A program made the position numbers and the translations under genes. 32,000 bases of DNA from Candidatus Jordarchaeales archaeon (lineage in GTDB: Archaea; Asgardarchaeota; Jordiarchaeia; Jordiarchaeales; Freyrarchaeaceae), in the NCBI GenBank assembly GCA_038858525.1, contig JAWCFL010000010.1, positions 31,922 through 63,921 on the forward strand. Reading direction: 5' to 3'. Numbering within the stretch: position 1 is the first letter of the stretch; the number at the start of each line of letters is the position of its first letter. The notes beneath the pieces were generated by a model. That model was not told where the DNA came from. It made no database searches and saw only the letters and a program-made list of their open reading frames with translations. This document shows, in pieces, positions 9,597 to 19,132 of the stretch.

Positions 9597-11030
9597 TTGA
9601 GCAACAAGAAGTTGGGTGATTTCTGGAGGAACGTTGTCTATGAAGAGCTAGTCAGCATAGTGGGGCAAGAGAATGTTCACTGCGATGACGCAGATTTACT
9701 TTGTTATTCACGCGACACGTGGCAGCTGACTGTCCCCTGGATTAAGGGGGGAGGAAAGCTTCCCGAACCTGACTTTATAGTACATCCTGAAAGCGCGGAG
9801 CAGGTATCGGAAATAGTTAAGTTAGCTAACAGATTCAAAATACCTCTTATACCCTTCGGGGGAGGAGCTGGAGTCTGTGGCGGAACGATCCCAGTCTATG
9901 GAGGAATCATAGTTGACCTAAAAAAAATGGACAAGATAGTTAGGGTTGACCACAAATCGCTACTAGTAACTGTTCAGCCGGGCATCCTAGGGGAGATTCT
10001 GGAAAGAGAACTGAACAGGATGGGTTACACGTTCCCTCACTACCCTGCATCCATGTATTGCTCAACGGTAGGCGGCTTCGTAGCTTGCCGCTCGGCAGGC
10101 TCGCTTTCATCCAAATATGGAAAAATAGAGGATATGGTTGTTGGGCTTGAAGTCGTCATACCAACAGGTGAGATAATAAGAATAAAACCTGTTCCCCGAT
10201 CATCCACGGGGCCGGACTTAAAGCAATTATTCATAGGATCAGAAGGAACGCTTGGAATAATAACGGAGGTTACATTAAAGATAAAGCTTCTCCCAGAGGA
10301 AAGGAGATTCAGGGCATTCATATTCAAGGACCTTCATTCAGGGATAGAATCGGTCATTAAGATCTTCCGGAGAGGGCTGAAGCCATGTGTAATACGCCTC
10401 TACGACTATCTTGATGCGCAGTTCACCCTTAAAGGAAAAGCAGAGATCCCTGAGGGAGGCTCGTACTTAATATTGGGTTTCGACGGCATGAAAGAAATGG
10501 TTGATTTAGAGGAAAAAACGGCTACAAGGATTTGTTTGGATGAAGGAGGCGCCGAAGTGGACAGAGAACTAGCAGAGCACTGGTGGAAACACAGGTATGA
10601 CATGTACTACCCTGACGCTTTCAAGTCGTCTTATAGCATAATAGCCGACACTGTGGATGTTGCGGCACCATACGACAAGCTCGAAGAGCTCTACTGGACC
10701 ATTAAAAGGACTGTTGAGTCGAGGAATCCAGGTGTGACCATGATGGCGCATTTCTCACACTTCTATGAGGATGGAGGTTCGATATACATGATCTTCTTCA
10801 CTCAGCAGCAGAACCATGAAAAGGCAGTGAGAGTTTACAGCTCTGTTTGGAGAGACGCTCTAGAGGCATGTCTAAAAGTTGGCGGGACAATAAGCCACCA
10901 CCATGGTGTAGGACTAGTTAGGGCGGGATGGATGCACAAGGAGCACGGAGACGCTTTTAGTGTTCTGAAGGCAATTAAAAGGGCATTGGACCCAAACAAC
11001 ATTATGAATCCCGGGAAGCTTGGACTATAA
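9597..11030 (+). CDS. FAD-linked oxidase of the VAO/PCMH family, alkyl-dihydroxyacetonephosphate synthase (AGPS)-like
   Basis: PFGGG, STVGGFVACRSAG, KYGKIEDMV, PRSSTGPD..LFIGSEGTLGIIT, PCVIRLYD, GSIY and SHHHGVG. The HHHGVG motif is AGPS-type, not the GEHG of D-lactate dehydrogenases. Confidence 0.8.
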   Translation: MSNKKLGDFWRNVVYEELVSIVGQENVHCDDADLLCYSRDTWQLTVPWIKGGGKLPEPDFIVHPESAEQVSEIVKLANRFKIPLIPFGGGAGVCGGTIPVYGGIIVDLKKMDKIVRVDHKSLLVTVQPGILGEILERELNRMGYTFPHYPASMYCSTVGGFVACRSAGSLSSKYGKIEDMVVGLEVVIPTGEIIRIKPVPRSSTGPDLKQLFIGSEGTLGIITEVTLKIKLLPEERRFRAFIFKDLHSGIESVIKIFRRGLKPCVIRLYDYLDAQFTLKGKAEIPEGGSYLILGFDGMKEMVDLEEKTATRICLDEGGAEVDRELAEHWWKHRYDMYYPDAFKSSYSIIADTVDVAAPYDKLEELYWTIKRTVESRNPGVTMMAHFSHFYEDGGSIYMIFFTQQQNHEKAVRVYSSVWRDALEACLKVGGTISHHHGVGLVRAGWMHKEHGDAFSVLKAIKRALDPNNIMNPGKLGL

Positions 11031-11048
11031 GGAAAAGGGAGGCAAAGG

Positions 11049-12161
11049 ATGAGCGCAGACCCTATAGTTTTATGTGGAATAGAATGTATGAAGATGTGCC
11101 GCTTTGTTTGTGTCGCCGCGAACCAGCTTAAGCTTGAAACGGTAACTCCCTACGGGAAATGCTTCTTAGCATACTACTTACGCAAGGAAGCGATAACCGG
11201 AAGGGGAAGAGTTGCGGAGGCTATGTATCAGTGCGCGACTTGTGGTTTGTGTAAGGAGTGGTGTTTGCCGAAAGTTGATATTCCAGAAATAGTTAAGGAG
11301 GTAAGGGCGAAGCTAGTTAAAGATGGAAATGCTCCTGAGCCCACGCTCGAAATAGGCAAGAAGACGAAGAGCGAAAAGAACCCCTATGGTGAGCCGCATG
11401 AGAAAAGATTCGCTGCACTTAACAAGAAAGGTAAAAGTAAAATGGGAAGCGTAGCTTACTTTGTCGGCTGCACCTCGGCTTACAGGCAGCTGAACATAGT
11501 AAATGCTATGGCTAAAATACTTGAACACACTGAGGGAGAATTCACATTAATAGATGATGAGTGGTGTTGCGGGGCTCCACTTTTGTCGACGGGACATATA
11601 GAGCTGGCTAGTGAGCATGCTGAGCATAACAAGAAGGCGATCGAGGACTCAGGATGCAGCGTTGTCGTTACGTCATGCGCAGGATGCTACATGGCGCTCT
11701 CCCGGTATTACCCAAAAATGGGGTTCCCGCTAAAAGTCGAGGTCGTGCACCTAAGCCAGTACTTGTGGAGTGCGATAAGCGAGGGGAAACTTAAATTGAA
11801 AAAATCGGGGAAAGGTGGTGTGAAAGTGACTTATCATGATCCTTGCCATCTGGGGAGACACATGGGTGTCTACGACGAGCCGAGAAGCGTTCTGAGTAGC
11901 ATACCTGGCGTTCAGCTTGTTGAAATGGATTGGAACAGGAGAAATTCGAAGTGTTGTGGTAGCGGCGGAGGGCTCCAGCTGAACTTTCAGGAGCTGGCTC
12001 GAAGGATAGGCATAGAGAGGATTAGTGAGGCCGTGGCGACAGGAGCAGAATTTTTAGTCACGGCATGCCCGTTCTGCAAAAATCAGCTTGAAAGCGTAGC
12101 GGAAGGAAAAATAAGGGTTTACGACCTCGCCGAAATAGTCGTTGAGCACTTGAAGGTCTAG
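11049..12161 (+). CDS. CCG-domain Fe-S oxidoreductase (GlpC/HdrD-like)
   Basis: CGIECMKMCRFVC, CATCGLCKEWC, FVGC, WCCG, YHDPCHLGR, CCGSGGG, ACPFC. Confidence 0.85.
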   Translation: MSADPIVLCGIECMKMCRFVCVAANQLKLETVTPYGKCFLAYYLRKEAITGRGRVAEAMYQCATCGLCKEWCLPKVDIPEIVKEVRAKLVKDGNAPEPTLEIGKKTKSEKNPYGEPHEKRFAALNKKGKSKMGSVAYFVGCTSAYRQLNIVNAMAKILEHTEGEFTLIDDEWCCGAPLLSTGHIELASEHAEHNKKAIEDSGCSVVVTSCAGCYMALSRYYPKMGFPLKVEVVHLSQYLWSAISEGKLKLKKSGKGGVKVTYHDPCHLGRHMGVYDEPRSVLSSIPGVQLVEMDWNRRNSKCCGSGGGLQLNFQELARRIGIERISEAVATGAEFLVTACPFCKNQLESVAEGKIRVYDLAEIVVEHLKV

Positions 12162-13108
12162 GTGAAGAGGATTTCTGAAAGTTTCCTGAGCTTGTCTATT
12201 CCTCTTATTTCCGTTTCAAATAGAGGCACCTCAGTTATGTTAAAGTCGTCGTATATCTCTCTTATATCTTTCAAATTTTCCTGTTGCATCTGTCTTCTTG
12301 CACGGCAGAATGGACAGTTCGGCACGTCGGGATAGATCATGTTGACGATTATGTGATCGCATGGGATCTCGTATTCTATTAGGGAGGAGAGGAGACGCTC
12401 AGTTTCGTAGATCGCCATGACTTCTGGGATCATTACTATCACGAAGGCTGTTTCATTAGGATCTTTAAGTGTCTCCTTAGCCACACCTATAGTCTCTTTT
12501 AGTTTCTCTAGGACATCAAGTGTCCTATCTTCTTCATCTCCCCGCCCAATGAGTCGCTTGAAGAGGCCTGTTAGTTTGCTCATGTAAACTCTGATTTTTA
12601 TGAGGTTCACAACCCAGCTGTTCAATATGTCAGGCAGGCTTAGAAGACGCAGAGTGTGGCCCGTTGGAGCAGTATCGAAAACGACTAAGTCGTACTCAGG
12701 GTTTTCGATGAACTCGAGAACTTTCGCGAAAGCAATTGCTTCGTCGGTCCCTGGAGGAGTCATACTAGAGAGATCTCCGAGCTCCCGGAGAACCGATTGA
12801 GCCTGCTCTTCGAAATTCTCCGTCTCAGAGAGCTTTTTTCGATATTCTTCGAAGGCTTTTCTGGGGTCAAGCTCTAAAGCTGAAAGACCGCTACATCCTT
12901 CTACCTTCTTTATTTCTCCTCCTATTTGCTGGTCGAAACTATCACTTAAACTGTGAGCAGGATCAGTACTTATTATGAGGGTTTCTTTCCCATGCTCGGC
13001 TGCCCAGAGAGCTGACGCCGCAGAGCAACTAGTTTTACCTACACCGCCCTTCCCACCAAACAATAAGAAAGAAACACCCCGATCCTCCAAAAGGTCAGTT
13101 AAAGTCAA
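12158..13108 (-). CDS. Single-domain ArsA/Get3(TRC40) family ATPase
   Basis: GGKGGVGKTS, STDPAHSLSD, DTAPTGHTLRLL and a C-terminal CPFC; one ATPase domain only. Confidence 0.9.
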   Translation of the reverse strand: MTLTDLLEDRGVSFLLFGGKGGVGKTSCSAASALWAAEHGKETLIISTDPAHSLSDSFDQQIGGEIKKVEGCSGLSALELDPRKAFEEYRKKLSETENFEEQAQSVLRELGDLSSMTPPGTDEAIAFAKVLEFIENPEYDLVVFDTAPTGHTLRLLSLPDILNSWVVNLIKIRVYMSKLTGLFKRLIGRGDEEDRTLDVLEKLKETIGVAKETLKDPNETAFVIVMIPEVMAIYETERLLSSLIEYEIPCDHIIVNMIYPDVPNCPFCRARRQMQQENLKDIREIYDDFNITEVPLFETEIRGIDKLRKLSEILFT

Positions 13109-13199
13109 ACGTTACACCGCCAATCGAGTTTTTGACTTTACTTCAAAAAAACAAGTAGGCACTTAAGAATGTTTCTGGCTCGAGTTGGACTTCAACTTT

Positions 13200-13523
13200 T
13201 TACCAGAATATGACGAGCCAGAGTAGAAACAGCACGACGCATCCCCCTATAAGGAAAGTAACAACCACTATGCGTGAATACTTCGCTTTTAAAGCACCCA
13301 GCACTAGAAAGACCAACGCTAGGCCACATAAGGCCATAAGACCATAAGGGGATGCTAAAAGAACCATGTTCGCGTAGTTTATGTAAAAGGGGAACAAGCC
13401 GTTCCAGTATGATTCCAGGATGTACCCTATGACGCATACAAAGCCGAGAAAAAGCAACGTTGCAAGACCGCCCACTTCACTTCTTTGCTCTTCTTGATGC
13501 TCTTCTTGACTCAAAAACAGCAA
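13200..13523 (-). CDS. Small hypothetical membrane protein (about 3 TM segments); start may be TTG at 13514
   Basis: Acidic N-terminus QEEHQEEQ followed by three hydrophobic stretches; GGTGG lies 9 nt before TTG-13514. Confidence 0.65.
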   Translation of the reverse strand: MLFLSQEEHQEEQRSEVGGLATLLFLGFVCVIGYILESYWNGLFPFYINYANMVLLASPYGLMALCGLALVFLVLGALKAKYSRIVVVTFLIGGCVVLFLLWLVIFW

Positions 13524-13628
13524 CCACCGGTCACAGTCATCTCAGAAGGCTACTTCCGTATTCTTCGATAAAAACACTTCGCAAGCATCTTCAAAAAATG
13601 ATTTAAAGAAATTCGTGTAATTTTAGAA

Positions 13629-14366
13629 GTGGAAAAATTTTTAATGGTGGCTTTTCGGATGAGCGGGCTGATGACATTTCAGGGTTCGATGAGCCAAATG
13701 GCTTCCACTCTTTTAAGCGTAATGGGTATAGATCCACCTAGGAATATTCCGCCAAAAATTAATTTACCGGAAAAGTTCACTTCGAAGCGTATTGTAACCA
13801 TAATAATAGACAACTTTGGCCTGCTGGAATGCACATATTATAAGCCCCGTTTTATAATAGGCAAATCTGAGGCGATCATAACGCTTGAATCCAAAAATCC
13901 GTATACGCCTCACGTTCTCAAGGAGATCGTTTATGGAGGGGACAGCTCTGACTTTAACCTATTCAGCTTTCTATCGTCTCTTGGAAAACGAGCTGTAATG
14001 ATAGGTAGGAAGGAGGATCTCGCAGTAATAAACGGTAAGGGAGAACAGAAGGTGAGTGATTCAGACAACAAGAGCTACGTGGAAACCGTTAAGGTGCTTA
14101 ACAGGACGGATTTTCTCTGGGTTCACTTTCTAGACTTTGAAGAGCTTTACAAGCAATACAGCTTCCAGCCTCCTAAGGAGACAGCCCAGAAACTCATCCT
14201 AAGAACTGACAGCTGGATAAAGGTGCTCTACAGACAGGTGCAACCAGACACTCTCATAACGATAATAGGAACATACGGTAGGACAGAGGCACCAATTACA
14301 TATGAGGGAAAATACGCGACGTGGCAGAGGGCCAGTCTCCCTATAGCCCTCATAATCAAGAAGTGA
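13629..14366 (+). CDS. Alkaline-phosphatase-superfamily fold protein with degenerate active site
   Basis: SQMASTLLSVMG, RIVTIIIDNFG, FLWVHFLDFEE and DTLITIIGTYG follow the AlkP/NPP scaffold (IVDGLG; HFxxxDxxGH; TADHG) but lack most metal ligands. Confidence 0.6.
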   Translation: MEKFLMVAFRMSGLMTFQGSMSQMASTLLSVMGIDPPRNIPPKINLPEKFTSKRIVTIIIDNFGLLECTYYKPRFIIGKSEAIITLESKNPYTPHVLKEIVYGGDSSDFNLFSFLSSLGKRAVMIGRKEDLAVINGKGEQKVSDSDNKSYVETVKVLNRTDFLWVHFLDFEELYKQYSFQPPKETAQKLILRTDSWIKVLYRQVQPDTLITIIGTYGRTEAPITYEGKYATWQRASLPIALIIKK

Positions 14367-14371
14367 AAAGA

Positions 14372-15712
14372 TCAGCAGGAGAGATGGGAGAAGTCCTTTC
14401 TTCCAAGTGCTTCGGATATCAACTTCATCGCGCAATACTCACCACACATGGTGCATACCGATTCCTTTGGAGAGTAACGTTCACGGAGGGAACGTGCCTT
14501 TTCAGGATCAATCGCGAGGCTAAGCTGTTTATCCCAATCCAAGTTCACTCTAGCCCTTGCCATTTCATCATCCCATTCAACCACGTGACCACCGAGCTTC
14601 GCTATGTCAGCGACGTGAGCCGCTATCTTGGCAGCTATAACCCCCAGCTTGACGTCTTCTTCGCTGGGCAAGCCTAAATGCTCTGCTGGGGTCACGTAGC
14701 ACAGGAAGTCTGCTCCCTCTAGTGCCGCTATTGCTCCACCTATTGCTCCAACAATGTGGTCATAACCCGGAGCGACGTCAGTCACTAATGGTCCGAGAAC
14801 ATAGAATGGAGCTTCTTTGCACATGGCTTTTTGAAGCTTTATGTTTGCGGCGATCTCATGTATGGGCACATGGCCCGGCCCTTCAACTATAACTTGCACT
14901 CCTTTCTCTCTGGCTCTCTCAACTAGGTGTCCTATCGTTACCAGTTCGGATATCTGGGGTACATCTGTAGCGTCGTGAATGCAGCCAGGCCTTAAACCAT
15001 CACCTAAGCTTAGTGTCAAGTCGTACTCTTTAGCTATTTCAAGCAGGTAATCATAATTCTTGTAAAGTGGGTTTTCTTGGTCATGATGCAGTATCCAGGC
15101 AGCGTGGAATGTCCCGCCCCTACTCACCATCGGAATTATCCTTTTACTCTCAACAAGTTTTTTCACGTTTTCCTTAGTTACGCCGACGTGAACGGTCACG
15201 AAGTCCACGCCGTCATCAGCGTGTTTCTTTATGGTGTTGAACATGTCGTCTTCATCCATGTCAACTATCGCACCTTTCTTCTTAACGGCCTCTATGCCTG
15301 CTTGGTATATGGGAACGGTGCCTACGGGAACATTAACCAACTTTAAGATCATTCTCCTTATACGGTCTATATCACCTCCCGTGCTGAGATCCATCAAAGT
15401 GTCAGCGCCATAATCAACGGCCACCTTAGCTTTCCTGAGCTCTAACTCGACATCGTAGATCTTGGGAGAAGATCCTATGTTAGCGTTGATCTTAGTTCTT
15501 AATCCTTTCCCTATACCTAGAGGCTTCACTTCGCGAACCACATTTCTCACTATGACTACTTCTCCCCTCCCCAGCCTTCTCGCCAACTTTTCTGGTGAGA
15601 TTTTTTCCTCCTCAGCGACAGCCTTAACTTCATCTGTTAAAACTAACCGGTTCGCTGCTTCCATCCTTGTTGTCAAAAGCAATTCCTCCAGAAAGAGAGA
15701 CAAAGTCACCAT
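14372..15712 (-). CDS. thiC: Phosphomethylpyrimidine synthase ThiC family; likely start TTG at 15676
   Basis: TKINANIGSS, ADTLMDLSTGG, VGTVPIYQ, VSRGG, SLGDGLRPG, EGPGH, GYDHI, YVTPAEHL, CTMCGEYC. Confidence 0.92.
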   Translation of the reverse strand: MVTLSLFLEELLLTTRMEAANRLVLTDEVKAVAEEEKISPEKLARRLGRGEVVIVRNVVREVKPLGIGKGLRTKINANIGSSPKIYDVELELRKAKVAVDYGADTLMDLSTGGDIDRIRRMILKLVNVPVGTVPIYQAGIEAVKKKGAIVDMDEDDMFNTIKKHADDGVDFVTVHVGVTKENVKKLVESKRIIPMVSRGGTFHAAWILHHDQENPLYKNYDYLLEIAKEYDLTLSLGDGLRPGCIHDATDVPQISELVTIGHLVERAREKGVQVIVEGPGHVPIHEIAANIKLQKAMCKEAPFYVLGPLVTDVAPGYDHIVGAIGGAIAALEGADFLCYVTPAEHLGLPSEEDVKLGVIAAKIAAHVADIAKLGGHVVEWDDEMARARVNLDWDKQLSLAIDPEKARSLRERYSPKESVCTMCGEYCAMKLISEALGRKDFSHLSC

Positions 15713-15888
15713 TCATACTTCGACAGTCAATGTTTAAAAGGTTAACTTAGCTGGAGCTGCCAAAAGCACTCTGTTGAGTCAAGAATCGAGAAGTCTAGGA
15801 GAGATGTGACGGGCGGTTGGAGGGCAAGTTTTTTAAATGGTAGATATGCATTTTTTCGGTAAGCACGAGTATTAGAAGGGAGAATGTT

Positions 15889-16146
15889 ATGTCGGGAAGT
15901 CAGCCTCTCACAATATTACAAAAAGCGATTAATAACTTAATTTTAGTAAAATTGAAGGATGGAAGAACAATTCAAGGGAGACTTTCGAACATAGATGCCT
16001 ACATGAACCTGTGCCTAACCAACGCTGAAGAGCTGGATGAAGACGGACCGATCGCCAGATACGGGGAAGTCTTCATTAGGGGAAACAACATACTCTTTAT
16101 CAAGCCGGACTTAACAGAAGAATTCTCCTCCAAGGAAGAAAAATAG
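15889..16146 (+). CDS. Sm-like archaeal protein (SmAP/LSm)
   Basis: Sm1 VKLKDGRTIQGRLSNIDAYMNLCL and Sm2 GEVFIRGNNILFI. Confidence 0.93.
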   Translation: MSGSQPLTILQKAINNLILVKLKDGRTIQGRLSNIDAYMNLCLTNAEELDEDGPIARYGEVFIRGNNILFIKPDLTEEFSSKEEK

Positions 16147-16192
16147 ACGAATACAGATCGGACTGAGGATACCCTTCTTTCAAGTATGATGT

Positions 16193-18217
16193 TTAAGTTA
16201 ATCCTAGTTCTCTCTCCATTCGGTAATCTTCAAGTAGCTTTTCTAGTTGTCTTTTCCGTTTTTCTCGTTCAGCCTTCTCTTTTTCTTCAAAGTAACGCGA
16301 AAGTAGAGCGTCGAATTCTTTCTTGTCGACCACGGCAAACTCGTCGATTTGTTTCACGTTAACCTCGTCCGAGAAGAAAACAGGTATGTTTGCTTCCAAG
16401 AAAGCTTCAAGCGCCATGTGAGACATGGCGGTCTCGGAAATAACGGCTTTAACTCCTTTCTTTATTAGGAGATCCGCAGTAGCCCTACCGCCCCCGCTTC
16501 CATCCAGCAGGAACACTATATCACCTTTGTTTATTCCGACTGCTTCATCGGTTTTATGTATTTCATTCTGGGTGAATCGCTTTATAACCTTTAGAGGATA
16601 AACTACTCCTCTGATCTCCATCATTCTCATTCTTTTCATATTAGTAATTTCATGCCGAGCCTTAGAAAGCTCTTCTTTTAGATCGAAAATCACGCGTTTA
16701 AGAGCTTTAATTTCTTCCTTGTAACGTTCAAGTATTCTTTCAGAATCCTCTGGCTTAGCACAGACACTAACGTTCTCTAATACGTCTCTGAGACGCTGAA
16801 GCTCCTCTTCCAACCGACCCTTTTCTGCAGCCAAAGTAGCATTCTGTTCTTTAACGCGAATAAGGCTTCGCCTCAACTTTTTAATTTTAACCCTATACGA
16901 CTCCAATTTATTGAGCAAAACAGCTAAGTTTATTTGTTGCGGTGGCCGTTCCTCTTTAACTTCTTCTGTCGCTTTTGGTTGTGAAAGCGTACTTATTGCC
17001 TCCGAAACGGAGAGACCCTTCAACAGCATTATTTTTAATTGGTCGGATGGAACATAGTACCCCATGGACCTAGCTCTAGCCTCAGCCCTTTCAAACTTAT
17101 TTTTGAATGCTAAGAAAGCTTTAAGGGCGGAGGCTAAGGCATCCCTTTGATGCGAGTCTTGAACTTTAATATGTCGCTCTTCAACGAACTTTTGCACAAG
17201 CTCTCTTTTCTCGGAGATAGTAAGGCTTCTCGGTGGATAAAAGACTCTCGAGTTAAGGATGCCTGCTAGCTTATCAAGAAGGCTTGGAGGAGGATTCACG
17301 TCAGACGCAATTATAGTAGGCACGCCGAGGGAAGTAAGTTTTCTGACGAGAGCCATTCTAGATAGGTCTTTCTCGCTTTCTAGCAAAAGAAGGTTGCCGT
17401 TGAGGTCTAGCACAGCAATGCCACACGTAACTCCTGGGTCTAAGCCAACAATCAACCCTTTCTTTGGAGCGGGCGCGCTGGGGATTTGGGAAAGCGGGAT
17501 CCACTCCAGACGCTCAAGTAGTATAGGCTGAACAGCCACAATTACGTCTCCTCGATAAGACTTAACAAGCCGTTCCACAACGCTTCTTTCAGCGTAAACA
17601 GTAAACTTACTACGCTTAGCTCCACCCTCTACTTCCTCCACGTATAGGTCATACTCCAGTCCAGCATCGTCAAGCCGCTTTTGTATTTCCTTTGTCGTCT
17701 GGAGGACAAGGTTATACACGCGTCTTCTAAACCTCTCCGAGCTCCACCCCCCATGACCTGGACAGCGCCCCCTCGCAATTATTATTCTGGTTTCGTTCTC
17801 GAAAACGCGTACAACATACCCAACCCCTCTAGACGCTAGCTTAGCGCATATTTCAGCTGTTTTAACAGGTGAAAGCTCCCCTACTTGGATGCCGTTTTGA
17901 GAGGCGACCACGGAAAGAGGTAAAGTGCCGTTAACCGGGGAGCCAGTTACCTGCACCAGCCTTGTGAATGAAGGGCAGCTAGCTATGAAGGAAATGATGC
18001 CCTTCTGGTTTGAGGCGAGCTCAAACACGTTATCTAGGGCGACTACATCCGGTTTAATGGAATTTATGAGGGCTATCAGCTCTCGCTTACTAAGGCGATC
18101 ATAAGTGCGCTCTTCTCCGTTATTCAGTAAGAAAGCAGCGTATTTTGGGGGGGTCTTAGACGAGGGAGAACTCGTGGGTAGAATATCGACCCCAAGCACC
18201 CGCTTAAACATCTCCAT
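16193..18217 (-). CDS. DUF460-family protein (RNase H-like domains plus long coiled coil)
   Basis: N-terminal VLGVDIL, central IVGLDPGVTCGIAVLDLNG...IIASDV...HQRDALA, then a heptad-rich coiled coil. Confidence 0.8.
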   Translation of the reverse strand: MEMFKRVLGVDILPTSSPSSKTPPKYAAFLLNNGEERTYDRLSKRELIALINSIKPDVVALDNVFELASNQKGIISFIASCPSFTRLVQVTGSPVNGTLPLSVVASQNGIQVGELSPVKTAEICAKLASRGVGYVVRVFENETRIIIARGRCPGHGGWSSERFRRRVYNLVLQTTKEIQKRLDDAGLEYDLYVEEVEGGAKRSKFTVYAERSVVERLVKSYRGDVIVAVQPILLERLEWIPLSQIPSAPAPKKGLIVGLDPGVTCGIAVLDLNGNLLLLESEKDLSRMALVRKLTSLGVPTIIASDVNPPPSLLDKLAGILNSRVFYPPRSLTISEKRELVQKFVEERHIKVQDSHQRDALASALKAFLAFKNKFERAEARARSMGYYVPSDQLKIMLLKGLSVSEAISTLSQPKATEEVKEERPPQQINLAVLLNKLESYRVKIKKLRRSLIRVKEQNATLAAEKGRLEEELQRLRDVLENVSVCAKPEDSERILERYKEEIKALKRVIFDLKEELSKARHEITNMKRMRMMEIRGVVYPLKVIKRFTQNEIHKTDEAVGINKGDIVFLLDGSGGGRATADLLIKKGVKAVISETAMSHMALEAFLEANIPVFFSDEVNVKQIDEFAVVDKKEFDALLSRYFEEKEKAEREKRKRQLEKLLEDYRMERELGLT

Positions 18218-18253
18218 TTTAACCCATCCTTAACCTATCCGAGAGCGGATAGC

Positions 18254-19132
18254 CTAGCTTTCCGTGACATAGTTTAGAGCTTCTGACAGGCTTAATTTAA
18301 TACCGAACTTTCTTTTGAAGAAGGATAGGACGTTATGCAAGTCTCTTTCGAGCAAATAGCGTGACGAGACGTGCTTAACAGGAACATACTGTGGCCAATC
18401 GATCAAAAAGACGCCGGATTCAGGGGACACGATCACGTTGTACTCGCTTAGGTCTCCATGAATAACGCCGCATTGGTAGGCTAGCTTTACATTTTCAAGT
18501 ATCAATTCTAAGACATCATACGGTTCCGATAGTGACCTGCAACTGACCAGTTCTTCACCTTCTATGAAGCCCATAACTAATATGTGCCTGTTTAAGTAGA
18601 CTGGCTCAGGAACTGCAACACCGTTAGAGTGGAGTATTTTAAGGGCAGCATATTCTCTTTCAGCGGACTTACAAGAAGCCGGGAACCAATTTGACCTGGT
18701 AACTCCTCTCTTAACATAGCTCCGTGCTCTCTTCACATGTACGAAGCTCGTCCTACCAATCCTGTGGGCTTTAACGGCAACCCGTCTACCGGAGGGAGTC
18801 AAAGCTTCATAGACATCCGACTCTTTTCCAACGCCGAGTTTAGAGCCGAAGAACTCTATTGTGCCTGAGTCTGCGAGAACATTTAGAGCTAAAGCGTCGT
18901 AGCCGTGAACCGTTAACCTGTAGCCTACATAGTCAGCTATCTGCCGCGTGACAAGCTTAAAATCATGAAGTCTTTTAAGAATACTCGAAGCTCTCTCCTT
19001 ACGGAGAGATGAGTAACGAGCGATAAGGTCTACGGGAACAAACTCGTATGTTTTCATGCCTTTTTCGAGTGCATGTAAAACCTTGTAGTCATGTGCACTG
19101 AGGTTACGGAGACTTCTCGCCAGCCACTTCAT
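18254..19132 (-). CDS. rio2: RIO2-type serine/threonine kinase (N-terminal wHTH)
   Basis: GYRLTVHGYDALAL, GVGKESDVY, HRIGRTSF, IHGDLSEYNV, IDWPQ. Confidence 0.9.
   Translation of the reverse strand: MKWLARSLRNLSAHDYKVLHALEKGMKTYEFVPVDLIARYSSLRKERASSILKRLHDFKLVTRQIADYVGYRLTVHGYDALALNVLADSGTIEFFGSKLGVGKESDVYEALTPSGRRVAVKAHRIGRTSFVHVKRARSYVKRGVTRSNWFPASCKSAEREYAALKILHSNGVAVPEPVYLNRHILVMGFIEGEELVSCRSLSEPYDVLELILENVKLAYQCGVIHGDLSEYNVIVSPESGVFLIDWPQYVPVKHVSSRYLLERDLHNVLSFFKRKFGIKLSLSEALNYVTES

Noticed and set aside
15713-15888. TPP riboswitch upstream of thiC
   Set aside because: No GCUGAGA or CUGAU...UAAU...GCGxAGGGA core on the minus strand.
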